Positions 26,831 through 39,056 of a stretch of DNA of 64,000 nt are shown piece after piece; position 1 is the stretch's first letter; every line of letters starts with the position of its first letter. The stretch comes from Chiloscyllium plagiosum (lineage: Eukaryota). The translations under genes were made by a program, and so were the position numbers. Where the stretch lies: contig NC_057718.1 in the NCBI RefSeq assembly GCF_004010195.1, positions 49,563,239 through 49,627,238 of the forward strand. The letters are read 5' to 3'. The notes beneath the pieces are model-generated. The model was not told where the DNA came from, made no database searches, and saw only the letters and a list, made by a program, of their open reading frames with translations.

Positions 26831-27719
26831 GTACTTATCCCAAAAGCCCCCAAAATGGGCTCAATTGGAGATTAATCCAGTAACTTTTGTGAGTGGTGGG
26901 AATTCTCAGTACAATATTTTCTAAAATAGTACAAGAAGTTGATTTATTCTATACATACTTTGTGCTTACAATTAATTGTAGGTAAATTACACTGAAAAGA
27001 AACAATAGAATATATCAAAAACTTTGAAGCTGACCTAGTTTGGTAAATCCAGCTCATTTAATCTAAGTACCATTTAACGTCTTGTGCCAATGAACCTCTT
27101 CGGCACTGATAACTAACTATTCCAAGTCTGGAGTTTCATTCTCCCTAGTTTTAAATGTTGATGAAGATTTTGAAAATGCAAAATTGAAAATAACAGAGAA
27201 AAAAACTTTTCCTTTCCATCTCTTTTTTTATCTTTCTCTTCTCATGTTTTTTGTTCTTCAATTTCTCTTTGTGTGTTATAATTTGATATTGAACTCAACA
27301 GTTAATCTCACTCCCTTAATAATGCTTCTGTTGTTAATTTCACCCTGGCTCATTGATAAAGCAGGCATACAGTTAATTGGCTTGTTTACTCATTTCCCAT
27401 ATGTCTTATTGCCTAGCTGCAATACAATCAACCTGCACTTTCAGCCATTTACAACATATAAACTTTTACCTCAAATGATAAGGGCAAGTCTAACTAATAA
27501 CAAGTACTATTAGATATCTTGCAACAATAAATTATGACCAATTATAACTACACACATGGTCTTCAAAATTAAAATTAAATGTGAGACTTTCTAAAAAAAA
27601 ACTTACATGTGAAGTACTAACTTGCACTACTCGTGAAATTGTTAAATATTGTTTCATAAAGTGCAGTGCCCAAAATTAGACACAATACACAATTAATGTA
27701 TTGGAGTTATCTAAAGGAA

Positions 27720-29042
27720 TAGCTTGTGCGGCAGATAAAAATAAACCAGTAGATGTATTGTACTTAGATTTCCAGAAGGCATTTGATAATGGAAAAAAAA
27801 TCAAAGGCTATTGCAGAAGTGTAAGGAGTAACATATAGGCATGGATTAACAGGTACTGTATAGGCATGGATTAAAGATTGGTTGGCTAACAGGCAAGTAG
27901 AGAGTCAGAATAAGTGGATCTTTTTTCAGACTATCAGAATGGCATGAGTGGTGTGCCACAGGGATTAGTTAGTTAATTACAATTTATAAAAAGATTTGGA
28001 AGAAGGATTGGCAGTGTGATAGCTAAGTTTGCTGTTGACACAAAGCTTGGTAAGAAAGTGAATAAGGAGCCTTTAAAGTTTTGATAGGTTAAGCGAGTGG
28101 GCAAAGAGCTGACAAATAAAGCAAATAGAGAAAGAGTGAAATTGTCCATTTTGACAGAGAGTGTCAAAAAAAAACATATTATCTAAATGACAAGAATTTG
28201 CAAAGCTCTGAGATGCAAAGAAATCGAGGCGTTCACGTGCAATAGTCAAAGAACGTTAGCATGCATGTGGAGCAAGCAATCTGGAAAGCTGATAGAGTAT
28301 TATGGTTTGTTGCAAGGGGCATCACATACAAGGTGGTGATTAGCTCAGTTGTCTGGACAGCAAGTCTGCAATATACAATGAAGCAGGCAGAGTGGGTTCA
28401 ATTCCTTCACCAACTGAGTTTACTATGAATGGCTTTTCTTCTCAACATCAGGCGAATCCATGACCGGTTGTGTCTGTCTCTTTCTAATTAGAAAGTATCC
28501 TGATGGTCTGCTAAGGCTGTGGCGACTTTAACTGTCGAATGCAATAGAGAGTTTATGCTTTGTTTATAATGGAAAAAAAAAATCAAAGGCTATAGTTGAG
28601 AGCACATCTGGGAGGCTGTGTATAGTACTAGTCAGCATATATATGGAAAGATGTTAATGCACTGGAAGCAGTTCAAAAAACATTTGTTGAAATGAGCATA
28701 TTGTCTTATGGGGAGAGACTAGACAGGCTTGGCTTTTATCCTCTGAAGTTTAGAAACATCAGAAGTGATTTAATTGAAACATGTAAGATCCTGATGGGAC
28801 TTGCCCAGGCGGATGTGGAAAGATTATTTCCCCTTGTGAGAGAATCTAGAACTGGGTGGCAGTTTTAAAAATAAAGGGTACCAAATTTAGATAAAGATAA
28901 AGAGGTATGTTTTTTTCTAAGAGTGTTGTGAGTCTTTGGAATTCCCTTTCTTAAAAGGCAGTGGATGAAGAATTTTAAAATATTTTTAAGGCAGAGTTAG
29001 AGAGGCTAACAAAGGGATGAAAGATTTTCGAGGTCATGCAAG
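27720..29042 (+). mobile_element. Old CR1-clade LINE, upstream part, split by the Gmr1-like provirus
   Basis: VDVLYLDFQKAFD (27750-27788), SGVPQGL, AKFAVDTKL and the CR1 C-terminal blocks. The sequence resumes after the 3' LTR at 36390. Confidence 0.85.
28335..28530 (+). mobile_element. tRNA-derived SINE nested in CR1
   Basis: A-box TAGCTCAGTTG and B-box GGGTTCAATTCC. The 3' end matches the minus copy at 5198-5392. Confidence 0.65.
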
Positions 29043-29765
29043 TGTTATGAAGGTGTAAGGGGTACAGAACCTTTAAGAGAGTTAAAAGCTAGCAGAACTA
29101 CATGATATAGCACCAAGTGTTCTGAACAAGTAGCAATGTAACATTTGGTCGAACAGCTAGATTAGCTGTGTTGTTTGGAGACAAAAAAAAATTCAAATTT
29201 GGCCAATCAGTTTAAATTATGCCCCAAAAATCAAACTCCAATCAAGTTTGAATTTAGTATTTTGACAATATTAACACCAATGAAACTATCTGATCAGTGT
29301 ATAAAACCAAAAAAAAATTGTAAGTTGGAGGAGAACTGCCAAAAGTCCAACAGATGTAGGCTGTTAGTGAGAACTCTCTGAGAGGTATCTGTCTGGAGAA
29401 TGAGTTTACAGAGACAAAACATCAACAGTGACCTGGATAGCAGATCTACAGAGGAAGATACCATGAGAAGATTTGATAGCTGGCTGGTTTTGATATTTGA
29501 ATTTTTCTGTAAATCTTAAATGGGAGATTTATTAGACTAGTATCGTAGAGGGAAAGGTAAAAGATAGGTTAGAGAAAGGAGTTGTAAACCATTGTTAATT
29601 AATTATTCTCTTTTATACTTAAAAAAAGCTGTTAATTTTCACTTTAAATAGTGACTTTGGGGAATAGTTTCATGCCTCTTGAATTTTAATAGATTACAGC
29701 ACGGGTTAAATCATTTTTGTATTGCAGGTTTAAATTAGGGGAGGGGTTTACCCTATGCCGTAACA
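29043..29765 (+). repeat. 5' LTR of Gmr1-like element
   Basis: TGTTATGAAGGTGTAAGGGG...CCGTAACA. Colinear with 35660-36389, roughly 85-90% identical by eye. TATAAAA at ~29300. Confidence 0.95.
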
Positions 29766-29768
29766 GTT

Positions 29769-29794
29769 TAGGGGCCCGTCGTCAAGATTTGAAC
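29769..29794 (+). promoter_or_regulatory. Primer-binding site complementary to tRNA-Pro (degenerate)
   Basis: TAGGGGCCCGTCGTCAAGATTTGAAC, 3 nt after the LTR, compared with TGGGGGCTCGTCCGGGATTTGAAC, the complement of the vertebrate tRNA-Pro 3' end. Confidence 0.75.
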
Positions 29795-29949
29795 TGGTTT
29801 CGAGAGATTTGAATAGATTAGGGGGTACAAAAACTGCCAGCAGATTGAAACACTTGCACGTTAGTGTCCTAGATCTTTAAATAAAGCATGGGTGAGGCAA
29901 TTTATTTACTTCATTGACTTGTGGTTGATTAAATTAAAAAATGAGAGAA

Positions 29950-31300
29950 ATGGCTCTTAGAATTGCAAAGGAGATTCTGGGGTTTGAAGGTAATTGTCAA
30001 ATTTGCCAAGAAAGTTTAGAAGGAATGAAATTAATGCCATATGTTTAGAATCAGCAAATAAATTAGATTTGGGTTGAACCAAGGACAAAAGTAACTTGAA
30101 ATTGTAAGGGAATTGCTCAAACACTTAGGTGTGTCAGAGAAACAGACTAGTACAGTAGAGGTAGAAAAGCTTGAGGAAAATTGAGTTAGAAGATAAACAA
30201 TGGGAGAGAGAAAGAGAAAGAGAGAGAGAAAAGAAAGAGAGAGAGAAGAAACAGAGCAAGAAAGAGAAAGAGAGAAGAAAGGAAAAGACAAAGAGAGAGA
30301 GAATTTGAACTTGAGAAGTTGTGAATTAGTTAGCAAAGTCAGGTTAACAGAATGGAGATTAAAAGAGAAAGTAGTGATATTTATAAAGATGTCAAAACTC
30401 TGCCACATTTTGATGAGAAAAAGATGTTGAAGCTATCTTTATTTCATATGAAAAATTGGCTTGGCAGATGGAGTGGTCTGAGGATTTATGGGTAATGCTA
30501 GTTCAGACTAAACTGGTAGGCAGAGCAAATACTGAGGTATTTGCCGCGCTGTCAGGAGATTATGAAGAGGTTAAACAAGCTATTTTAAGTGCTTATGAAT
30601 TGGTACCAGAAGCATGTAGACAGTGGTTCAGAAACACAAAGAAGGAACCAGGTCAGACTTATGTTGAGTTGAGAAGAATTAAACATAGCCATTTTGATCG
30701 ATGGGTGCCTGCTTTAAAAATAGATAGGACCTTTGAGGCTCTAAGAGAGTTTATTCTGCTGGAGGAGTTTAAAAACTCACTTCCAGAGATGGTAAGAATT
30801 CATGTGGAGGTACCAGAAGCATGTAGACAGTGATTCAGAAACACAAAGAAGGAACCAGGTCAGACTTATGTTGAGTTGAGAAGAATTAAATATAGCCATT
30901 TTGATCGATGGGTGCCTGCTTTAAAAATAGATAGGACCTTTAAGGCTCTAAGAGAGTTTATTCTGCTGGAGGAGTTTAAAAACTCACTTCCAGAGATGGT
31001 AAGAATTCACGTGGAGGAACAGTAAGTTCAGGAAATGAGAAGGGCAGCAGAATTAGCAGATGAGTACATGTTGGTGCATAAGACAAGCTTCCAGCCTGAA
31101 TTTCATTTTGTGAGGGATAGAAGTTGGGAGAAGGGGAAATCCTACATATGAAAGCAAGAGTAGAGGACACTGATAAGAGTTTACCACAGGATAAAAAAGA
31201 AGCCCAAGAGGACGGACAAGAGGTGAAAGGCCTCAGGTGTTTCCACTGTGGTAAAGTGGGACATGTAAAGTCACAGTATTGGTTGTTAAATTAAGGCACT
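29950..31300 (+). pseudogene. gag: gag of Gmr1-like element (coiled-coil, SCAN-like capsid domain, zinc knuckle)
   Basis: ATG at 29950 (MALRIAKEILG), E/R/K-rich coil 30200-30300, AILSAYELVPEACRQWFR...FILLEEFKNSLP, and knuckle CFHCGKVGHVKSQY at 31238-31279 (last Cys mutated). Multiple stops. Confidence 0.85.
30602..31015 (+). repeat. 207-bp tandem duplication inside gag
   Basis: Units 30602-30808 and 30809-31015. I count four substitutions between them. Confidence 0.95.
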
Positions 31301-31429
31301 GTGGGAAAAGATGTGGTAAAAGAAGCTAAGCCAGTGGCCTTAGTGAAGGTTGTAAAGGAGACACCAAGAAGAGCAGAGGAGCTGCAGGAGAGTGCACAAC
31401 CTAGGCAGGAAGATAGTATCAGATCCTTA

Positions 31430-31730
31430 CAAAGAATTTGCCTCTGTGGGTAAAGTTTACTCAGAAAGAACAGGAAGAGAAAGACAAGAAGTGATAATTT
31501 TGAGAGATACAGGATCTAACTAGTCGCTGATAGTAAGGGACAAGCGAATATGCACTCTTTCTGATCTGTTACCCAAGAGTGTGGTAATTTGTGGGATGGA
31601 TGGACAGAAATTTATGTAAGACCAGGTTGGAGTGCCAACTCAAGACTGGGGAGGTAACAGTGGGAGTGATTGACACTGTGTCAGTTCCAGGAATTCAGTT
31701 TGTTCTTGGGATGCTTTGGCAGGATCCCAG
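31430..31730 (+). pseudogene. pol: Aspartic protease domain of Gmr1-like pol
   Basis: VIILRDTGS at 31491-31517 and downstream GIQFVLG. Confidence 0.8.
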
Positions 31731-32169
31731 GTGGGAGTGATACCCCTTGTTGTGGAGAAGCCCAAGGAAGACCAAGAAACTGAGGAGTTAAAACAGAAAT
31801 GTCCTGGTATTTTCCCAGACTGTGCAGTAATCAGATCCCACTATCATAAGTCACAGCAGAAATCAAAAAGTAAAGAGAAAGATGAAACAGTTGAGGTTCA
31901 GTTAGCGAACACCCTGTTTGATGCAATGTGCAGGAAAAACCTGAACAGGCAGAGGGTCAGACAGAAGTGTTTAGTCCTGAAAGGCTAAGGGACTTGCAAT
32001 AGCAAGACAAGACAATAAAAGATATATATGTAGATGCGTACTCCGAAAAGGACTCAGAGAGTATTCCAGAAGGTTATTATCTGAAAGATAATATCTTAAG
32101 ATGAAAATGGAGACCATGGCAGTTTAGTGCAGAGGAGAAATGGCTCAAAGTGCACCAGATTATTTTGTT

Positions 32170-34040
32170 AGTAGCATACAGACAAGAAGTGTTATGGTTG
32201 GCACATGAATTACCTGTAGGAGGTCACCTAGGGGAATGAAAGACTCAGGCTAAGGTCCGAAAACATTTTTATTGGCCTGGAATGCACAAGGATGTGGATA
32301 ACATTTGGAGTACATGTCATACACGCCAAATGGTAGGTAATAAAACCAGCATTTTCATTGCCAATTCCAGCATTTGAAGAACCTTTCATGTGGGTTATAA
32401 TTGATTGTATAGATCCCTTACTGAGAACTAAAAGTGGGAATCAGTATTTGTTAACCATAATGGATGTGTCTACCAGGTTTCTGGAGGCAATTCCATTATG
32501 AAAAATCAAGGCAAAAAAGGTAGTAGAGTTAGTAGCTTTCTTCACTGGTATGGGTTACCCAGAGAGATTCAGTCAGACCAAGGGTCAAACTTTACTGCTA
32601 GGCTGCTTAAGTAGGTTATGAAAAGCTTAGGTATACAGCATTTTAAATCCAGTGTGCATCTTGCTGAATCCCAGGGAGCTTTAGAAAGGTGGCATCAGAC
32701 CTTGAAGACCATGTTAAGAGCATACTGTCAGGACTACCTGAATGATTGGGATAAAGTTATCCCATTTGTATTGTTTGCCATTCGAAATGCCCCAAACGAA
32801 TCTACTCAGTTCACTCCCTTCTAATTAATACTTGGGCTTGAAGTAAGAGGTCATTTGAAATTAATTAAAGTAAAATTGACAGGACCAAAGTCAGAGATCT
32901 CACACTTAGATTATGCATCGAAGGTGAGGGAGAGACTAAATTGAGTTGGTGAGTTAGTTAAATAGCACCTAAAGAGGGCACAATTTAGAATGAAGCAGGT
33001 GGCAGATAAAGCGGATGATGTGTTAGTACTGTTATCAATGATAGGAGATCCCTTCAAAGCCAGGTTTAGTGATCCCTATCAAATTGAGAAAAAGTTGAGT
33101 CAGGTGAACTATCTAGTAAAGATGCCAGATAGAAAAGAAAGGTATAGGGTATGTCCTGTGAACATGTTGGAACTGTATTATACTGGAGAGAAAGAACTGG
33201 AGAAACGTGTTAGTTACTGCCCCACAGAATGAGGAATCAAAGCCAGATGATGTGGATTTTGAGGTGCCTCAAAATAGCTTAAAAATGACTGGAGGCAATT
33301 CCATTATGAAAAATCAAGGCAAAAAAGGTAGTAGAGTTAGTAGCTTTCTTCACTGGTATGGGTTACCCAGAGAGATTCAGTCAGACCAAGGGTCAAACTT
33401 TACTGCTAGGCTGCTTAAGTAGGTTATGAAAAGCTTAGGTATACAGCATTTTAAATCCAGTGTGCATCTTGCTGAATCCCAGGGAGCTTTAGAAAGGTGG
33501 CATCAGACCTTGAAGACCATGTTAAGAGCATACTGTCAGGACTACCTGAATGATTGGGATAAAGTTATCCCATTTGTATTGTTTGCCATTCGAAATGCCC
33601 CAAACGAATCTACTCAGTTCACTCCCTTCTAATTAATACTTGGGCTTGAAGTAAGAGGTCATTTGAAATTAATTAAAGTAAAATTGACAGGACCAAAGTC
33701 AGAGATCTCACACTTAGATTATGCATCGAAGGTGAGGGAGAGACTAAATTGAGTTGGTGAGTTAGTTAAATAGCACCTAAAGAGGGCACAATTTAGAATG
33801 AAGCAGGTGGCAGATAAAGCGGATGATGTGTTAGTACTGTTATCAATGATAGGAGATCCCTTCAAAGCCAGGTTTAGTGATCCCTATCAAATTGAGAAAA
33901 AGTTGAGTCAGGTGAACTATCTAGTAAAGATGCCAGATAGAAAAGAAAGGTATAGGGTATGTCCTGTGAACATGTTGGAACTGTATTATACTGGAGAGAA
34001 AGAACTGGAGAAACGTGTTAGTTACTGCCCCACAGAATGA
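32170..34040 (+). pseudogene. pol: Integrase of Gmr1-like pol (core and C-terminal part duplicated)
   Basis: AHELPVGGHLG, FYWPGMHKDV, IIDCIDPL, GNQYLLTIMD, IQSDQGSNF and ESQGALERWHQTLKTMLR. Confidence 0.9.
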
Positions 34041-34096
34041 GGAATCAAAGCCAGATGATGTGGATTTTGAGGTGCCTCAAAATAGCTTAAAAATGA
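32481..34096 (+). repeat. 808-bp tandem duplication inside integrase
   Basis: Units 32481-33288 and 33289-34096. The ORF track shows identical peptides offset by 808 (32618/33426 and 32990/33798). No differences seen by eye. Confidence 0.95.
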
Positions 34097-34249
34097 AGAA
34101 GTCCTTGAGCAGTGGGATAGGTTAGTGAACTATCTGTCTCAGCAGCATAGAACACAGTTGAAAGATTTGTTACTGCAGTATAAGGACATATGTAAGAATC
34201 AGTTGGGGAGGACTAATGCTATTGTACATTAAGTAAAATGAGGGAATAC

Positions 34250-35485
34250 TGTTCCGATAAGACATCACCCCTATCGGCTTAATCCTTTCAAAGCCAGACA
34301 GGTCCAGATGGAAGTGAAGGCCATGCTCGATGAGGACATCATCGAAACAAGCCAGAGCAAGTGGAGTTTGCTGATCGTCTTAGTTCCCAAACCGGATGGG
34401 ACTCAACGATTCTGCATAGATTATCAGAAGGTCAATGCCATTATAAAATTGAATTCATATCCAATTCCTAGATTGAAGCACTGTATTGAGAAAGTCGGAC
34501 AAGCCAGTTACATCACCAAGTTGGACTGAATGATACTGACAGGTATCTTTATCAGAGACAGTGAAAGACATTTCTGTGTTTATAACCCCAAACAGTTTAA
34601 AGTAATGCTCTTTGAAATGAAGAACACCCCCGCCACATTCCAAAGACTCATGAGTTGAGTTGTGGCTGGGTTAACAAACTGTGCAGTCTATTCGGATGAT
34701 GTAGTGATCTTTAGTAAGCTCTGGAAAACTCACATGTTACAGTTGGCAGAGCTCTTTGACTACAAGAAGCAAAATTGGTAATAAACATAAATAAAACTAA
34801 TTCACAAAAGCAGAGGTGATGTTCTTGGGACATAACATTGGTCATGGAAGGTTGACCCTATGAACGCAAAGACGAAGGCCATTGAGGAATTTCCATGACC
34901 AACCTCGAAGAATGAGGTGCTTCGATTCTTAGGACTCAGCGGGTTCTATCGTAAGTTTGTTCCAAAGTTCAGCAGTGTAGTGGCACCATTAACTGATTTC
35001 CTGAAGAAGAACATAAAGCTTTGGTGGACAAAACAATGCCAGAGGTATTCAACCATTTGAAAGCACTATTAACCACTAAACCAGTTTTAGCTACACTAAG
35101 CTTTTTGAAACCTTTTAAAGTTGTCATCGATGCTAGTGACATAGGAGTTGTAGCTCCACTGCTACAGGAAGATGAGGATGGGATTGAACTGCCAGTTGGT
35201 TACTTTTCGAAGAGGATCAACATCCACCAGAGGAAATACTCCATGATAGAAAAAGAACCTATTGAGTTTGGTACTGGCCTTACGACATTTTAATGTATAT
35301 GTCACGAACAATGTGTCAAAGACGGCTGTGTACATGATCATACTCCTTTTACATTCTTAGAACACTTAAAAGACAAGAATATGAGACTATTTTGTTGGAA
35401 TCTTATGTTACAAACTTTTAATTTAAAAATTGTACATGTAGCGGGTTGTAAGAATGTAGTCGCAGATACATTATCGCAGATTTAA
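34250..35485 (+). pseudogene. pol: Reverse transcriptase and RNase H of Gmr1-like pol
   Basis: HPYRLNP, LVPKPDGTQRFCIDYQKVN, YSDD at 34689-34700, RFLGLSGFYRKFV, VIDASDIG, YFSK, YSMIEKE and NVVADTLS. Confidence 0.92.
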
Positions 35486-35659
35486 CTGATAAAGCTTAGA
35501 TGAGATTTGTATTTATCCAATGTTCCATATATATGGGAAGAAATTAAGATAAACTTAGATTAAAGTTATCTGTATGTCATTCTAATGAGTTTAAAAAATA
35601 GAATAAAAATGAAGCCATCTTTCCATTATCATGCTTCATTTTTTACTTAAGTGAGGAAG

Positions 35660-36389
35660 TGTTGTGAAAGTGTAAGGGGTACTGTATCTTTAAGAGAGTT
35701 AAATGCTAGCAGATCTACCTGATACAACATCAAGTGTTCCGAATAAGGTAAGAATGTAACATTTGGTTGAACAGCTTTTAGTTGCTTGGAGACAAAAAAA
35801 CAAATTTAAATTTGGCCAATCAGTTTAAATTATGCCCCAAAATACCAAACTCCAATCAAATTTGAATTTAGTATTTTGACAATATTAACACCAATGAAAT
35901 TATCTGATGCTTTGGAATATAAAACCGAAAAAAAATTGGACAATTAGGGGAGAACTGCAACCCCAAGACTAACAGATGTAGGCTGCTAGTGAGAACTCTC
36001 TGAAAGGTACCTGTCTGGAGAAGGGGTTTGCGGAGACAAAACATCACCACCGACCTGGAGGGCAAATCTGCAGAGGAAGATACCAAGAAAAGACTTGATA
36101 CAAGGCTGGTTTTGAAATTTGAATTTTTCTGTAAATCTTAATCAGGGGCTAGTATTGGACTAGTATTGTAGAAAGGAATGTGAAAGGTAGGTTAGAAAAA
36201 GAAGTTGTAAAGAGTTGTTAATTAATTATTCTCTGTTAGACTTTAAAAAAAAATAAAGTTGCTAATTTTTACTTGAAATTTGGGGAATAGTTCCTTGCCT
36301 CTCAAATTTTAACAGATTACAACATGGGTTAAATCATTTCTGTGTTACAGGTTTAAATTAGCAGGAGGGGTTTACCCCATGTTGTAACA
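35660..36389 (+). repeat. 3' LTR of Gmr1-like element
   Basis: TGTTGTGAAAGTGTAAGGGG...TTGTAACA, preceded by purine-rich AAGTGAGGAAG (35649-35659). AATAAA at ~36252. Confidence 0.95.
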
Positions 36390-36495
36390 CAGGAATATAG
36401 AGTTGATGTTAAAATCAGATCTGCCATGATCTTTTAGAATGGTGGAGCAGGCTCAAAGGGCCAAGTGACCTATTCCTGCTCCTTGTTTATATGCT
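36390..36495 (+). mobile_element. 3' tail of the CR1 interrupted by the Gmr1-like element
   Basis: CAGATCTGCCATGATC..GAATGGTGGAGCAGGCTCAAAGGGCC..CCTATTCCTGCTCC is the same CR1 3' end seen uninterrupted at 58030-58100. Confidence 0.85.
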
Positions 36496-37619
36496 GGTAC
36501 TCCAGTTGAGGCTGATCTAGGATTTAATAACAGTTCATCACAACTTCTTTATTTTTGTAGCCAATGCACTCATTTATAAATTCAAAAGTCCCATGTACCT
36601 ATATCGTCAATTTCTCAATCTAACCTGCCATCTTTAATACTGTTCCTCTAATTTCTTTAATATTGTAACGATATTCTTCTTACCAAAATATATCGCTTCA
36701 TATTTCTCTATTAAATTTCAACCACCATTATGCCCATCCAGTTCATCTGCCTACCCATGTCAATCAATCACTGGTTCCCTTAAAGTTCACAACATTTGCA
36801 AGATCTGTTTTTTTGAGTTGCTTTTATTTTCTTGTTGCGCTGATGACTCCCAAGACATAAATATAATGCAACTAACTCCCTCATTGTGTCATAGGTCTTC
36901 CTTGAGCTCTTCCAACAAAGCAATCCAATCCCAGCAGTAAAGATTTAATGTTAATGGATGACATTCTGCTAATATATTCAGGAGGGTGGAAGTGACGAAT
37001 GGTATCAGAATCCATTTGCTACTGAAACTATCGTCCTATTCTGTGTTTTAGATTGTCCAAAATTGAAGTATTATTTGGGTCCAGTAAAGTCACCAGCATT
37101 TCAAAGAAGGTTGCGTCATAAAATCCATGTGGAACAACACTTATTAAATATCCATAGATTAAGTAGCATTGAGATGATAAGTTTTAGGAAAAAGAAGCAA
37201 TGAGTGGTGAACTGTTGTTTCGAATTGGCAGAGATTATACAGTTGTTTACAGGTCAGTATTAGGGCCAGTGGCTTTCATTGTTCCATATTAATAATTTAT
37301 ATTTGAGTGTACAGGGCATAAGAGAGATAGATCAAGGAGAGATGATAATCAAAAAGAATAAGAATTCATAGACTAAAGAATTATGCTCCTGTGTGAATGA
37401 GAGATTGGAACACTGTTGGATTTGCCTTCAGAAAGGAGGTGGTAACTGACCAGATGGACCTTCATGACAGTTGCTGACATTATACTGAAGATAAGGCAAA
37501 GGTTTTTGGAGAAATTATAAAATTGAACATTATATGATAAAGTAAAAGGAAAGACTTCAGAAAGATTAGACTACGATAAAAGTTTCTAAAATTATGGAAG
37601 AATAGAAAAAAATAAAACA

Positions 37620-38265
37620 CATGGAAACAAGGCGCAGGAGTTCAGTGCTCTGAGCCTGCTCTACCATTCATATGATTATGGTTGCTCCTCTACCTCAATG
37701 CCATATTCCTGCTTTCTCTCCATACCTTCTAGATGCTGGTAACATCGAAATATTTATCTCTCTTTCTTGAATATATATACTTATCCTTTACAGTCTCATA
37801 TGATAGAGAATTCCCCAGGTTCACTCCTCTTTTGAGTGAAGGAATTTTCCCTCATCTCAGTCCTGAACGTTTTACTCCTGTGCCGTTTCCCCTGGTTATA
37901 GACTCCTCATCCAGGGAAAACAATATTTTTGCATCCAGTCTATCCAGCCCTGTTAAAATGTTATACTTTTCAGTCAGATCCCTCTCAGTCTTCTAAACTC
38001 AAGTGAATAAAGGCCCATTTGGACTAATCTCTCCTCAAAGGACAGCCCCTGTCAAACCTGGTATCAGTCTAGTGAACTTCCACTGCACTCCCTCTTTGGC
38101 AAATATATCATTCCTTAAATAGGGAGACCAAGACTGCAAATGATACTCCAGGTGTGATCTCACCAAAGCCTTGCATAACTGCTGTAAAGTACTGATACTT
38201 CTGAATTCAAATCCTCATGCAATAAAGGCCATCATATCATTTGTCTTCCTAATTGCTTTCTGCAG
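37620..38265 (-). mobile_element. CR1-clade LINE 3' portion
   Basis: Reverse complement gives HLEYHLQSWSPYLR, EGVQWKFTRLIPG and SLEFRRLRGI, ending in the CR1 3' UTR at ~37630. Confidence 0.8.
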
Positions 38266-38892
38266 GTCATGGAAACTAGAAAAAGAATGTTTGTAGTGGT
38301 TGCTGAATCCAGTTCGAGGGAATATTGATACATAGTTAAAATTAGATGTCAGATTGTCCTTAAATTTTGGTCTTAAAAGGATGAGAACAGGTTAAACTCA
38401 ACTATATTTTCATACCTAAATGGCACATCTGTGCTATAGACTAGCTATGAGCATACATTATGAGACCTACTTATATTGTATGCATGAAATGTCCAAACCA
38501 GTAAAAAACATATTGAGGAAATTCAATTGGAAAGGCCAGAATATATAATGCAAAGCAAAATTGCTCATTTTAATTGCATTACAATTACCTCTCTTCCAAG
38601 GGCTCCTGCCCAGGAGTTCTTTTTTTTCCAAAATCTTTTCATTATTTTCATAATAATGCTGAATATTATTTGCAGTTTGACTGTCAATGTAAGACTGATT
38701 GACTGTTGTACGTTCATGGTATAAGTTTTACCCAGTGACATAATAGGAAATATTCATCTAATTTGCCACTGTGCCAGCACATCTTGAGACAACATGATCC
38801 ATCACTAAAACATAACCTGTTCTGGACAATTATGTACATGGTTTAATCAATGTATTAAATGGTTTTCTTATGAAAATTCAACAAGGGGGGAT

Positions 38893-38906
38893 CCAAGATG
38901 GTGGCG
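38893..38906 (+). promoter_or_regulatory. YY1-like site at the L1 5' end
   Basis: CCAAGATGGTGGCG at +9 of the element. It is one C>T change (at a CpG) from the YY1 consensus CAAGATGGCGGC. Confidence 0.55.
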
Positions 38907-39056
38907 ACCCAGCAAGTCTGAGTCTACAGTGCTCCTCCCAAGACGTGGGCAAAGTGGGTCACCCACCCCCACCACACTCATCAAATCATTTAAAATAGCT
39001 GTTTAATTTAATTAGTTGCTTAGTATTAAATTTAAACAATCTAATCTTCAGTAAAA

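Larger units (their letters stand above)
29043..36389 (+). mobile_element. Full-length decayed Gmr1-like Ty3/Gypsy LTR retrotransposon (gag-PR-IN-RT-RH)
   Basis: Paired LTRs TGTT...TAACA, 4-bp TSD CAAG (29039-29042) / CAGG (36390-36393) with one mismatch, tRNA-Pro-like PBS, purine tract before the 3' LTR, and integrase motifs lying upstream of RT and RNase H motifs. Confidence 0.95.

Noticed and set aside
30031..30430. E/R/K-rich ORF and its Ser/Leu/Phe antisense ORF as host genes
   Set aside because: This is the GA-rich coiled-coil part of the retrotransposon gag.
36520..37330. Further CR1-like traces (also 25340-25400 and 45150-45210)
   Set aside because: Probably real but too decayed or short to delimit reliably.
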